64,000 nt of DNA from an uncultured Eubacteriales bacterium (lineage in GTDB: Bacteria > Bacillota > Clostridia > Oscillospirales > CAG-272). How positions within the stretch are numbered: position 1 is the stretch's first letter; every line of letters begins with the position of its first letter. The notes under the pieces are model-generated. The model was not told the origin of the DNA, did not search any database, and worked only from the letters and a program-made list of their open reading frames with translations. Positions 26,845 to 36,498 of this stretch are shown piece after piece. The DNA is taken from NCBI GenBank assembly GCA_900546315.1, contig URCP01000003.1:485-64484 (forward strand), read 5' to 3'. The position numbers were made by a program, and so were the translations under genes.

Positions 26845-28653
26845 TCATTCCACTGTTCTGAGCTTTGTCTCAAGCGGCAGGGTTATCCTGACCGCCGTTC
26901 CCTTTCCCTGTATGCTCGCGACGTTTATGCTTCCGCCGTGCGCGTCGACTATCTCCTTGGCTATCGCGAGACCGAGACCCGTTCCGCCGGTCTCGGAAGT
27001 GCGCGACTTCTCGACGCGGTAGAAACGCTCGAACAGGTGCGGCACATCCTCCTCCGGAATGCCGATGCCGTTGTCACGGACGATGACGCTGATACCGTCA
27101 ATCGCTTTTCCACGCCTTGTCGGAGAGGCGATCATCTCAATCTTTCCGCCGTCAGGAGTATACTTTATCGCGTTCGAGAGCACGTTTATTATGACCTGCT
27201 CAATGCGCTCCTTGTCGCCGGTGACAGCCGGGAGCTCCTCGGTGCGCGTATAGGTCAGCGTATGCGAATGCGCCGCCGCGTCGACCTTCATGACCTCGGA
27301 GATATGCCTGAGGACTGAATCCGGGTCGAACGGCTTTATATTCCACTTGGTACGCTTATTGTCGAGCCGCGACAGGACAAGAAGATCAGATACAATGCGC
27401 GTCATGCGGTCGCATTCATCCACAGCCATGTGGAGAAAGAAATCCTCCATGTCCCGCGGGATCTCCTTGTCGTTCAGTATTGTCTCGCACGCGCCGCGTA
27501 TGCTCTGGAGCGGCGTGCGCATCTCGTGCGACACGTTCGCGACGAACTCACGGCGGGATTTATCGAGCTCATACCGCCCGGTCTCGTCGTGTATGACCGC
27601 GAGCACGCCGTCATGCGTCGAATTGTCCGCCGTATAGCGCAGCCGTCCGAAGTTGACGTCGAGCACCCGACCGTCAAACATCACGTCGCTCACGCTGTAC
27701 CCGTCCTTCGGTATATCCTTAGCGTCGCCGGTCTTCGCCGGGAAATCGACGCCGAACAGCAGAAGAAGCCTGCTGAGGTCAAACCCGTCGTCATACTTAT
27801 TCCCGAGCAGGTCCATAAAACTCTGGTTTATGTGCATGACCTTCCCGTCCTCAGTAAAAGCGACGACACCATCGTGCAGGTAAGTGAACAGCGTCTCGAG
27901 CTTCTGGTGCTCGCCCGAGACCTCCTCGAGCGTGCTCTTCAGCGTATTCTTCATGTAATTGAAGGTATCGGTAAGCGTACCGATCTCGTCATGCGAATGA
28001 ACGTCGATCTCATGCGAGAACTCTCCCGCCGCGATATACTTCGCTCCTCGCGTCAGGCTCTGTATCGGTGACGTTATAGCCTTGGACAGGAAAAACGCCA
28101 GCACAATCGCGAATATAAGCCCGAGCATCAGCGCCTGAAGAATTATCGAAAACAGCCGCCACGTGAACTGCTGCATCTCCTCCATAGTATCCTTGACGTA
28201 GATAAGACAGCTCCTCGTTCCGTTATCAAGCGGCAGCGCGAAATCCGCGAAATCCGAACCGAGCGGCTGCTTATTCTCCGGTTCCCCGCGCATAGCCGCC
28301 AGCATATTCGCGGTCTTCCTGAGCGTCTTCCCGCTCTGCGAATCCGAACCCTCAAGGAAACTGCCATTCCGGTCAAGTATATAGAAATCCCGGTAATCAT
28401 CTATCCCGAGCACACCGCGGTAAGAATCAAGTATACTGTACTGCTCCGCCGCGAAATCCTCCGACCCCAGAGCGTCAGTCAGCTCCGACGTCAGCTGTCC
28501 CCCCGGCGAAAAGCTCCTGTCCATCTGGTCTGAAAACTCGTCTATATAGAAACTGTTCACGCTGTTTATAAGCACCGTGCCGATAACGCACATGACCGTT
28601 ATCATGAATATCACAAGTACCAGGATTATCTTGAAATAAAGACTGTTATACAT
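26845..28653 (-). CDS. walK: Sensor histidine kinase, WalK-like (TM-extracellular-TM, HAMP, PAS, HisKA, HATPase_c)
   Basis: H-box SHEMRTPL, N-box NAIKYTP, G-boxes DNGIGIP and GGTGLGLAI. Operon context with an OmpR-type RR and yycH/yycI-like genes. Confidence 0.8.
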   Translation of the reverse strand: MYNSLYFKIILVLVIFMITVMCVIGTVLINSVNSFYIDEFSDQMDRSFSPGGQLTSELTDALGSEDFAAEQYSILDSYRGVLGIDDYRDFYILDRNGSFLEGSDSQSGKTLRKTANMLAAMRGEPENKQPLGSDFADFALPLDNGTRSCLIYVKDTMEEMQQFTWRLFSIILQALMLGLIFAIVLAFFLSKAITSPIQSLTRGAKYIAAGEFSHEIDVHSHDEIGTLTDTFNYMKNTLKSTLEEVSGEHQKLETLFTYLHDGVVAFTEDGKVMHINQSFMDLLGNKYDDGFDLSRLLLLFGVDFPAKTGDAKDIPKDGYSVSDVMFDGRVLDVNFGRLRYTADNSTHDGVLAVIHDETGRYELDKSRREFVANVSHEMRTPLQSIRGACETILNDKEIPRDMEDFFLHMAVDECDRMTRIVSDLLVLSRLDNKRTKWNIKPFDPDSVLRHISEVMKVDAAAHSHTLTYTRTEELPAVTGDKERIEQVIINVLSNAIKYTPDGGKIEMIASPTRRGKAIDGISVIVRDNGIGIPEEDVPHLFERFYRVEKSRTSETGGTGLGLAIAKEIVDAHGGSINVASIQGKGTAVRITLPLETKLRTVE

Positions 28654-28656
28654 AAC

Positions 28657-29364
28657 TCACTTGATATAATAGCCCATTCCGCGCTTAGTGAACAGATACT
28701 CCGGCTTCCCGGCGTCCTTCTCAAGTTTCGAACGCAGCCTGCTCACCGTGACGTCCACGCTCGATGTATCCCCGTAGAACCCGTCATATCCCCAGACCTC
28801 ACCGAGCAGCTGCTCACGGGAATATATAGTCCCCTCATTCTTGGCCATGAACGTCAACAGCTCATACTCCTTCTTCGTCAGCTCAATCGTCTGTCCGTCC
28901 CTCACAACCTGACACTTAGTAGTATCAATCTCAAGCCCCCGTATGTGTATCACCGCGCTCGCATCCGGCACCGGCGCCTTTATCATATCATTCGATGACC
29001 GCCTGATATTAGCCTTTATCCGCGCCAGAAGCTCATTCATCGGAAACGGCTTCGTCACATAATCATCCGCCCCGATATCAAGCCCCGCAACCTTATCGAC
29101 CTCCTCAACCCTCGCCGTAGCAATTATTATCGGTGTAGACAACTTCTCCCGTATCCGTCGGCAAACCTCGAACCCATCCATCTTCGGCAGCATAAGATCA
29201 AGCAATATAAGATCAAACGTCCCCGTGAGCGCCTTCTTAAGCCCCTCCTCGCCGTCATATGCCACCTCATACGCGTATCCCGCCTGCATCAGATTATATG
29301 CAAGCAGCATCGCTATATTCTTCTCGTCCTCGACAACAAGTATCCGCTTCTTCTGTTCCGGCAT
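28657..29364 (-). CDS. walR: OmpR-family response regulator, WalR-like
   Basis: Starts at MPEQKKRILVVEDE (ATG 29364, AAGGAG SD). Receiver domain plus winged-helix C-terminus (VDVTVSRLRSKLE, FTKRGMGY). The track ORF's 42-aa extension translates repeat family 3. Confidence 0.85.
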   Translation of the reverse strand: MPEQKKRILVVEDEKNIAMLLAYNLMQAGYAYEVAYDGEEGLKKALTGTFDLILLDLMLPKMDGFEVCRRIREKLSTPIIIATARVEEVDKVAGLDIGADDYVTKPFPMNELLARIKANIRRSSNDMIKAPVPDASAVIHIRGLEIDTTKCQVVRDGQTIELTKKEYELLTFMAKNEGTIYSREQLLGEVWGYDGFYGDTSSVDVTVSRLRSKLEKDAGKPEYLFTKRGMGYYIK

Positions 29365-29392
29365 TCTGTTCACTCCTTGTACTAAATCGTTA

Positions 29393-29460
29393 GCTTGCGG
29401 GGGAGAGGAACCCTTTGAAAAGGGTTCCTCTCCCCCGCCCCCCTCTCTTTCCCAAACTTC
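29393..29460 (-). repeat. GC-rich long-hairpin repeat family 3, copy 1
   Basis: Perfect 17-18 bp stem GGGGGAGAGGAACCCTT(T) / (A)AAGGGTTCCTCTCCCCC (29399-29436). Conserved flanks are GCTTGC and GCCCCCCTC..C..CAAACTTC. Second copy at 34126..34195. Confidence 0.75.
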
Positions 29461-29486
29461 AAAAAAGAGGAATGCAAGTCTCTTAA

Positions 29487-30728
29487 TCAATATATATCGT
29501 TATACTCATGAAAAGCGGGGGTAATCGTACGCACCTCGCAGGCGTCGGAATTCTCAGAGATGAACGACAGGACGCCGTCAAGGATTGCCGCGGCACTCTC
29601 ACTCTCGCGTATCCTTATCACCGGCACACCCGTCTCCCATATTCCGTCTATAACCTTCCGGACCGCCTTCCTGACGTCCCCGGTCCCTGCGTCAATGTTG
29701 AAATCCCACACAAGATACCCGCGCAGATTAAGCTCCACCTCGACCGCCCGGTCAAGCTGACGCATACCGCCCGACCCCTCCGGAGCCCGCCATATATGCG
29801 ACTTTCTCCGTACAAGCCCGTAAAGCAGCTCATTCTCCGCCTCGATATCCCCAAGTATCGCCTCCGCGCCGTCAAGCGCCTTCTGGTCATGACTCATCGT
29901 ATGCAGCGCAATCTCATGCCCCTCCGCGAGTATCCTCGAAAGAGTCTCCGGCTTCGCGGCAGCATAGTCCCCGACCACAAAGAACGTCGCCTTATACCCA
30001 TACTTCGCCAGAGTGTCAAGTATCTCATCCGTATACTCCCCCGGCGAATCCTCTATCGTCAGATATATCGTCCTCTCCCCGAGCTCCGGAGCCGGCTCCG
30101 TATCCTCGGTGTCAACCGGCTTCTTCGTCGTATCGGTCGGAGGCATCGTCACAGGCGGCGCCGTCGTCCCGGACGTCACCGGCTCAAAGAAGCCCGGATA
30201 CTTACGCGCGACAAGCTCCTCTATCGTCAACTTCTCGCTGCCGTTCGTCACACGGACCGCCGTCTCACCCGTATACGGACTCGTCAGAGTCTCATAACCG
30301 AGCCCGAGATACCTGCACACCGTCTCCGCCGGAACATAATACTCGTCATGAAGCTTATACGTCAATATATAAATCTTTGTCAGATCCTCATTGTAGGCAT
30401 AATCCGAATCCATAATGAAAGACAGATATTTGTCGCCGTTCTGTATGATGAACAGATTGAATCCGTTATTGTACTGCACCTCAACGTCCGGAAACAGCTG
30501 TGCGTACAGCCTTATCGGCACGTACCACAGATTATTCACGCTCTCGAGCGGCAGCCTTGCCTTCGTCCATGCCCGGTCGTTATAATAGAGCAGCGGTCCG
30601 GACGCCGCCCCGACGTCAGTCCTGAACACAACTATGATACCGAATATCATCGCCGCGCACAGAATCACACTGCAAAGACTGGCGAGCTTCGCCTTAACGG
30701 CGCTTCCTTGCTTTCCGGTCACAGCCAT
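29487..30728 (-). CDS. Polysaccharide deacetylase (NodB homology domain) with N-terminal membrane anchor
   Basis: IYLTIEDSPGEYT...ATFFVVGD...HEIALHTMSHD are NodB motifs. Has an N-terminal TM. Confidence 0.8.
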   Translation of the reverse strand: MAVTGKQGSAVKAKLASLCSVILCAAMIFGIIVVFRTDVGAASGPLLYYNDRAWTKARLPLESVNNLWYVPIRLYAQLFPDVEVQYNNGFNLFIIQNGDKYLSFIMDSDYAYNEDLTKIYILTYKLHDEYYVPAETVCRYLGLGYETLTSPYTGETAVRVTNGSEKLTIEELVARKYPGFFEPVTSGTTAPPVTMPPTDTTKKPVDTEDTEPAPELGERTIYLTIEDSPGEYTDEILDTLAKYGYKATFFVVGDYAAAKPETLSRILAEGHEIALHTMSHDQKALDGAEAILGDIEAENELLYGLVRRKSHIWRAPEGSGGMRQLDRAVEVELNLRGYLVWDFNIDAGTGDVRKAVRKVIDGIWETGVPVIRIRESESAAAILDGVLSFISENSDACEVRTITPAFHEYNDIY

Positions 30729-30756
30729 CCCTACCTTTCATCGATTTGGTTGTATA

Positions 30757-31872
30757 TCACTTATTCGCGTAATAATACGCGACGGCGAGATCGACGACCA
30801 TGCCGTAGCTCTTCTCGCCCGCGGTCTGTCCCTGCGCCTTCAGGTAATTGTCGTTAAGGGTCGAGCTGACCGTCGCGGCGACGTTGTCGCGGTACTTCTC
30901 GAAGAACTTATTGTACGCGCGCATCTCATATATTGCCCGTCTGTCAAGGCTCCCGTAAACCTCGGCGAACGTGTCGTAATCCGCCGAATAGAGCGCAGAA
31001 TTCAGGTACTCATACATATTCATATACCCGCTATAGCGTATATAAGGATCGTCCGACTCGACGCAGACGAGGAACGCCACGAAATTCGCCTCGTTCTCCG
31101 GAAGCACCCCGCGCTGGTGCGCGAGCTCGTGCGCCGCCGTATACGGCAGGTTGTAGTCCGGGAAATTCACGTTGAGATTCGCCTCGCCGGTGTAATATGT
31201 ATACATACCGGACATATGCGTGTAAGTCATCGCCTCGGACAGGCTGACCTGCTTGATCCTCGACCAGAGACGCGGGATAAAATCATATTTTTCCGAGAGC
31301 TTATCGTACGCCTCGAGCAGCTTGTCGTTCATCTCGGACACCGAGTACGGCATCACCGAGCTTCCGGCGTAGCGGAACTTAACATCGTCAAGGTCCTCGT
31401 TCATCTTTTCTATCATATATTCAGCGGTCTCTTTTAACTCGTCCACACTGACCTTCTTCTGTTCGAGTCCGAGCTTCTTGTCGAGCGTGGAGCTGTTGTA
31501 CGCGACCGCGGTCGTCATGACGAACATACCGTACATGAGCGCCGCTATCGACGCGAGCGAGACTATATACCTGGTCGCCGCGCGGTTCCCCTTTTTCGTC
31601 GCCCGCACGCACAGAACGATCACAATAACGAACAAAACCGGCAAAGAAATGATTATGCACTCCGCGACCGAAAACGGTATAAAATTCGTGAGCATCGCCA
31701 TCATGCCGCGGAAAAATGAACTCACATACCTGTTGAAAAAGTTTGAGAACGGCTCAGAAAACTCAGAGACGATCCAGATGACAAGCGAAACAAGCGCGAA
31801 TGCGAAGAACACGAACGACGCCGCCGGGCAATATTCCTTTATGGTTTTTTTCAGCTTTTCCATATCCATCAA
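30757..31872 (-). CDS. DUF3810-family membrane metalloprotease-like protein
   Basis: N-terminal TM helices and an HExxH-type AAHELAHQRG motif followed by ENEANFVAFL, typical of DUF3810. Confidence 0.7.
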   Translation of the reverse strand: MMDMEKLKKTIKEYCPAASFVFFAFALVSLVIWIVSEFSEPFSNFFNRYVSSFFRGMMAMLTNFIPFSVAECIIISLPVLFVIVIVLCVRATKKGNRAATRYIVSLASIAALMYGMFVMTTAVAYNSSTLDKKLGLEQKKVSVDELKETAEYMIEKMNEDLDDVKFRYAGSSVMPYSVSEMNDKLLEAYDKLSEKYDFIPRLWSRIKQVSLSEAMTYTHMSGMYTYYTGEANLNVNFPDYNLPYTAAHELAHQRGVLPENEANFVAFLVCVESDDPYIRYSGYMNMYEYLNSALYSADYDTFAEVYGSLDRRAIYEMRAYNKFFEKYRDNVAATVSSTLNDNYLKAQGQTAGEKSYGMVVDLAVAYYYANK

Positions 31873-31890
31873 GCCGGAGACCGGCTCCTT

Positions 31891-32838
31891 TCATATTTTT
31901 TCATTAACCCGGCTCACATCCGGGAAGAACGCCCCCGCGAGCCGCGCCATATCCGCAGGAAGCGACGAATCAATCACAAGCGGAGACGCGCCCCGACAGA
32001 CCTCAAGCCTCACGGCATGGAGCGCGTGGCGACTGATCATTCCGTCGGCGTCTGTCGGAAAACTTTCCGCCGTCCCGTAAAGCCCGTCACCGACGAGCGG
32101 ACAGCCGATACTCGCGAAATGCACCCGTATCTGATGAGTGCGTCCGGTAACAGGTTCTGCCAGCACCATCGAGACTTTTCTGTCCGGGGAAACCGCGAGG
32201 AGCCTGTATCGCGTGACCGCCGGCTTCGCGCCCTCATCGTCCGCGGAACAGGTCTCACGGAGCATCGTCGAGCCGGGCTTTCTCCTTATCGGTGCGTCTA
32301 TGGTTCCTTCCTTTTCCGGCGTTCCGTTAAGTATCGCGATATAGCTCTTGTGTATCCTTCCATCGCACATCAGCGCCGAATACTCCGACGCCGCGAGCCG
32401 GTCCTTCGCGACCAGCACAATACCGCTTGTTTCCCTGTCGAGCCGGTTCACCGCCCGGAAAACGAACGGTCTGCCCCTCTTCCCGAACATGAACGCGAGC
32501 CCGTTCGCGAGAGTGTCGTCATAATGCCCGCGTGACGGATGCGTCGGCATTCCCGCCGGTTTATCGAGCGCCATCACCGCCTCGTCCTCATAGAGAACAA
32601 ACAGCTGCATCTCAGTCGGGACAAGGAACTCATTCTCTTCCTCGTGGGTATCCCCGACGGCTATCCTGAGCCTGTCGCCCTTTTCAAGCACGCGGCGCAC
32701 CGTCACGTGCTCACCGTTCAGCGTTATGCCGTCCGGCATTCCCTTGAGCCTCGTTATGAGCCCCCGCGACACCCCGCACTGATACAGCAGATCCTTGACC
32801 GTCCTGCCGTCAAATTCTTCTCCGATAACAAATTCCAT
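31891..32838 (-). CDS. RluA-family 23S rRNA pseudouridine synthase (RluD-like, S4 domain)
   Basis: HRLDRETSGIVLVAK catalytic motif, GRTHQIRVH, and an N-terminal S4-like segment. Start could be 32838 (MEFVIG) or 32871. Confidence 0.85.
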   Translation of the reverse strand: MEFVIGEEFDGRTVKDLLYQCGVSRGLITRLKGMPDGITLNGEHVTVRRVLEKGDRLRIAVGDTHEEENEFLVPTEMQLFVLYEDEAVMALDKPAGMPTHPSRGHYDDTLANGLAFMFGKRGRPFVFRAVNRLDRETSGIVLVAKDRLAASEYSALMCDGRIHKSYIAILNGTPEKEGTIDAPIRRKPGSTMLRETCSADDEGAKPAVTRYRLLAVSPDRKVSMVLAEPVTGRTHQIRVHFASIGCPLVGDGLYGTAESFPTDADGMISRHALHAVRLEVCRGASPLVIDSSLPADMARLAGAFFPDVSRVNEKI

Positions 32839-32982
32839 TTCCCAGACACCGCGGCACGATACCGCCGTCACAAATTTTACATACAGATTTATTATACCAC
32901 CATATTATCGGAATATCAAGCACTATTTAATGAATTATTCGTTCCCGCCGTGATTTTCCGTTGATATCTCCGGAAAAACGCG

Positions 32983-33013
32983 AAAAAAGACCGCCGCACC
33001 AGAGTGCGGCAGT
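32983..33013 (-). terminator. Intrinsic terminator downstream of uxuA
   Basis: Minus-strand ACTGCCGCAC-TCTG-GTGCGGCGGT (one mismatch) followed by CTTTTTT. Confidence 0.55.
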
Positions 33014-33035
33014 CTCAGTCAGAAAATTCAGTTCA

Positions 33036-34091
33036 TTAACCGAGCGTCTTATTGATCGACTCCCAGATACCGTTTATATAAGCCGCTCCGAGCGCGCGGT
33101 CGTACAGTCCGTATCCCGGTCTGCCGGTCTCGCCCCAGATCATACGCCCGTGGTCCGGACGGATATACCCGTCGAAATCGACGTCCCAAGCCGCCCTCAG
33201 TATCTCATACATATCAAGCGACCCGTTCGCGCTGAAATGCCCGGTCTCGTTGAAGTCCCTGTCGCCCACGATCTTGATATTCCGCGCGTGCAGGAAGTGA
33301 ATCCTCCGCATAGCGCCGAAATGCCTTATCATATCGACAACGTCATTCTTCGGGTCAACGCCGAGCGAACCCGTGCAGAGCGTCAGTCCGTTATACTCAC
33401 TGTCAACGAGCTTACAGAACCGCTCAAGATTCTTAGCGTTGGTTATAACGCGCGGCAGTCCGAAAATACCCCACGGCGGATCGTCCGGGTGAATCGCCAT
33501 CTTAATCCCGTTCTCCTCGCAGACCGGTATGACGCCATGCAGAAAATAACTCATATTCTCCCACAGCTTCTCCTCGTCCACCGACTTATACTCCGCGAGC
33601 AGCGCCCTGAGCCCGTCCTGCGTGTAGCTCTCGTCCCATCCGGGAAGCGACAGCTTCTTCGTGTTCGGATCCATTGCGAGCACCTCAGCGTCGCGATAAA
33701 TCAGACTCGTGGATCCATCCGGATTCCGGTGAGCCAGATCCGATCTCAGCCAGTCAAACACCGGCATGAAATTATAGCAAACAACCTTAACGCCCGCGTC
33801 AGCCAGCTTCTTGAGATTCCGCCTGTAGACCTCAATATACTCATCCCTCGACGGCTTTCCGAGCTTGATATCCTCATGCACCGGAACACTCTCCACGACC
33901 TCAAACGCCAGATTATGCGCCCTCGCCGCGTCCTTGACCTTATTAATGCTCTCAGTGCTCCACTCCTTACCGGGCGGAACATCATACACCGCCGACACAA
34001 CGCCAGTCATACCCGGTATCTGTGATATATACTCAAGACTCACCGGATCACTCTCGCCGTACCAACGGAAGGTCATCTTCATTTCCTTCAT
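33036..34091 (-). CDS. uxuA: Mannonate dehydratase
   Basis: MKEMKMTFRWYGESDPVSLEYISQIPG... is a canonical UxuA N-terminus, ~351 aa. ATG 34091 follows GGAAGGAGG. The track ORF's N-terminal extension translates repeat family 3. Confidence 0.9.
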   Translation of the reverse strand: MKEMKMTFRWYGESDPVSLEYISQIPGMTGVVSAVYDVPPGKEWSTESINKVKDAARAHNLAFEVVESVPVHEDIKLGKPSRDEYIEVYRRNLKKLADAGVKVVCYNFMPVFDWLRSDLAHRNPDGSTSLIYRDAEVLAMDPNTKKLSLPGWDESYTQDGLRALLAEYKSVDEEKLWENMSYFLHGVIPVCEENGIKMAIHPDDPPWGIFGLPRVITNAKNLERFCKLVDSEYNGLTLCTGSLGVDPKNDVVDMIRHFGAMRRIHFLHARNIKIVGDRDFNETGHFSANGSLDMYEILRAAWDVDFDGYIRPDHGRMIWGETGRPGYGLYDRALGAAYINGIWESINKTLG

Positions 34092-34125
34092 CTTTACCTC
34101 CTTCCGGAGTTTGCGGTATGCGCTC

Positions 34126-34195
34126 GCTTGCGGGGGAGGAAAGACCCTTTGAAAAGGGTCCTTCCTCCCCCGCCCCCCTCCATCCCTCAAACTTC
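34126..34195 (-). repeat. GC-rich long-hairpin repeat family 3, copy 2
   Basis: GGGGGAGGAAAGACCCTTT / AAAGGGTCCTTCCTCCCCC (34132-34171). The single mismatch is a G-U pair in the minus-strand RNA. Flanks are the same as in copy 1. Confidence 0.75.
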
Positions 34196-34317
34196 ATACA
34201 TTGGGATATGGGAAACGGATATACCTCAACTCCATTATAATAATATCATACTATAAAAAGCGGGATTTGTCAAGAATAAATACGCGCAAGCGGTATGGGT
34301 TTTTGTAAGAATCGAAC

Positions 34318-36144
34318 TCATTTTTTGTCGAACCACTCAAGCGGTTTCAGACTGTACTCAAGACCCACCAGCCACTCACGGCAATTATGCGGTCTCGCCA
34401 TACCGAAAAACATCTCACCCGGCTCGCCGTCCCCGATCTCAATCTCAACGAAATTCCAGCATCCGAACAGCTTATCCGTAGTCACAAGCGCTGTGGTCTT
34501 ACCGCGGTGATACGCCGGAACGTAAAAACTCCCGTCGCCCGTCAGCACCTCCCTGCCATTAAGCCTCGCCCTGAACGGCCTCTCACTCATGACAGCAAAA
34601 CACACAGGCATATAAGGATTCACCTTGACAGCCGTCCGATACCTGTAACGCCCTGACGGAACAGTCTGAAAAACCTCGCGCGCGTCAACAGTCACCGTCT
34701 CTCCCGTTTCAAGATCGGTTCTCTCCCACGGCACCGCGACAGGGAGATCAGCCGTCACAGTCCACACGACACCGTTAGCGCGAAAATCGATGTCAAGATC
34801 ATTGTCGCGCGCTCTCCGTCCGGTCATCTCAGACGGTATCACATCGAAAGAGAACTCAGCCTCCTCACGCGGAGCGAGCGAAAATTCCTTTCCGTCCGGC
34901 AGAACCTTCCATCCATCCGGCAGGTTAAGCGAAAAAGCGCCGGATATTCTGTCCTCAGCCGGATTTCTCAGAACAAGTCTGAATCCCGAAGCCTCACAAG
35001 GCCGCACCGCCACATATTCCGGATATACAAGCCGCAATGTGAGCGGTGTCAGAGCGATCAGCGCCTCACGCGGCGATTCCATCCGGTCGACCGCGTGTGA
35101 GTCAGACGTCCACGGAGAGTGCATCCCCGGCAGCCCATCCGGCACCTCAGAAATCGGAGCGCCGCCATAATACTCAAGCACCCTCACAGCCGTCCCGGCA
35201 ACAAGGTCACAGAAACCGCCGACCGTCTCCGGTTCATGCATCCCCATTATACTCGTGCTCAGGATCAACCTGTCTCCGATCGGTTTCGTCCATCTGCCGC
35301 CGATTGAGCCGGGCGCGATTATACCGATTATCGAGCCAAGCGTAGCGCAGGTGCAGTCCGTGTCATAACCAAGTCCCGCCGCGGTACAGATCGCCCGGTC
35401 GAAATCGCCGCCTGACGACAGCCAGGCTATCACGATAAGCCCGAGATTTATCGTGACATCCGTCCAGTTCTGAACCTCATATTTCTTCAGGAACCGCTCC
35501 CTGGCGGCATACGGATCTCCCGCCGTCGTCACGCACTCAATGGCGTATCTGATACCGGTCGCAAGTCTGCCGCTTTCAGGAATATATGAAAGTCCGAGAC
35601 TTATGAGACGTCCGGCAGTCTCATCGTCTGACCGTTCCTCAAGGAACGCCGCGCTCTCAACCACGCTCAGGAATACGCAGGCTTCCATTCCGTCCGCGTA
35701 ATGGTCGGTGCACGAGTCCTCCCGCGACAGTCGTGCCGCGAGTTCCGGCTCCCCGGGCGCAAGGCACGCCCACAGCTCACTGCGTATTGCCGCGCCCATT
35801 CCGGCGTAGAATTTATTGCAGTAGTACCCACTGAGTGGCGCGTATCTGCCGAGGAAAAAATTCCATCTCGCGGCGCCATACTCATCCGGGCCTCCGTCCT
35901 GCAGATGCTCCCAGAGCGTCGTCAGATGATGTCTGTTCACCGGCAGACCAAAGCGTCTGATTATCTCAAGGTCGATAACCTGAAGATCAAGATCGTCGTT
36001 CGGAAGCATTCTGTCAGGCACCGGGTCATAATATGTTATCTGTCTGGTCGACGTGTCGCCTTCAAACGGCATCCCAAGCGTTCCGCCGACCGCTTTGCCG
36101 GTATAGCATCCGGCCACTTTGGCACGGTATTTCTCATATACCAT
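34318..36144 (-). CDS. ADP-ribosylglycohydrolase-family protein with ~260-aa C-terminal extension
   Basis: N-terminal GKAVGGTLGMPFEG and GYDTDCTCATLGSIIG are ARH/DraG-type motifs. ATG 36144 (MVYEKY) is 7 nt after GGAGGG. Confidence 0.75.
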   Translation of the reverse strand: MVYEKYRAKVAGCYTGKAVGGTLGMPFEGDTSTRQITYYDPVPDRMLPNDDLDLQVIDLEIIRRFGLPVNRHHLTTLWEHLQDGGPDEYGAARWNFFLGRYAPLSGYYCNKFYAGMGAAIRSELWACLAPGEPELAARLSREDSCTDHYADGMEACVFLSVVESAAFLEERSDDETAGRLISLGLSYIPESGRLATGIRYAIECVTTAGDPYAARERFLKKYEVQNWTDVTINLGLIVIAWLSSGGDFDRAICTAAGLGYDTDCTCATLGSIIGIIAPGSIGGRWTKPIGDRLILSTSIMGMHEPETVGGFCDLVAGTAVRVLEYYGGAPISEVPDGLPGMHSPWTSDSHAVDRMESPREALIALTPLTLRLVYPEYVAVRPCEASGFRLVLRNPAEDRISGAFSLNLPDGWKVLPDGKEFSLAPREEAEFSFDVIPSEMTGRRARDNDLDIDFRANGVVWTVTADLPVAVPWERTDLETGETVTVDAREVFQTVPSGRYRYRTAVKVNPYMPVCFAVMSERPFRARLNGREVLTGDGSFYVPAYHRGKTTALVTTDKLFGCWNFVEIEIGDGEPGEMFFGMARPHNCREWLVGLEYSLKPLEWFDKK

Positions 36145-36323
36145 CAGTATTCCCTCCAATTATCCTTTTCAGTGTAAAAGTCCGATATATGCTGTACCTA
36201 TATTATATCAATGATAAACGGACAAATCAACAAATATATTCACATTTTTACGTGAAATATTCTGAAAAGCTTCACACGTAGCGACAGCGGAAGGCGGGCA
36301 ACGTTTCATAATCCACAGTTTCC

Positions 36324-36360
36324 GCAAAACAGGACCGCTCCGGTTATCAAGGAGCGGTCC
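36324..36360 (-). terminator. Terminator-like hairpin downstream of the GH127-like gene
   Basis: GGACCGCTCC (36332-36341) / GGAGCGGTCC (36351-36360), followed on the minus strand by TGTTTTGC. Confidence 0.45.
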
Positions 36361-36397
36361 CCGATGAATATGATGATTCAGACAGCTGATCTGTTAG

Positions 36398-36486
36398 GGA
36401 AACGCTGAATAATACGGGTTTTCGCGGAAAAAAGTCTTGGATTTATGGGCTTTTTTCCGCGAAAACAACCTTAAATCAGTGTTTCC
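36398..36486. repeat. Nested-palindrome repeat family 1, copy B (89 nt)
   Basis: Same architecture as 21904..21992. The inner stem has G-C where copy A has A-T (compensatory pair). Lies 12 nt beyond the stop of the 36499..38481 gene. Confidence 0.8.
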
Positions 36487-36498
36487 TTAGATCCGCCC

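Noticed and set aside
29437-29460. G-quadruplex formation by the GGG/GGGGGG/GGGGG tracts flanking the family-3 hairpin on the minus strand.
   Set aside because: The tract spacing is marginal (adjacent runs lack loops) and part of the G-run is committed to the very stable hairpin. This cannot be supported from sequence alone, so it is mentioned only as context.
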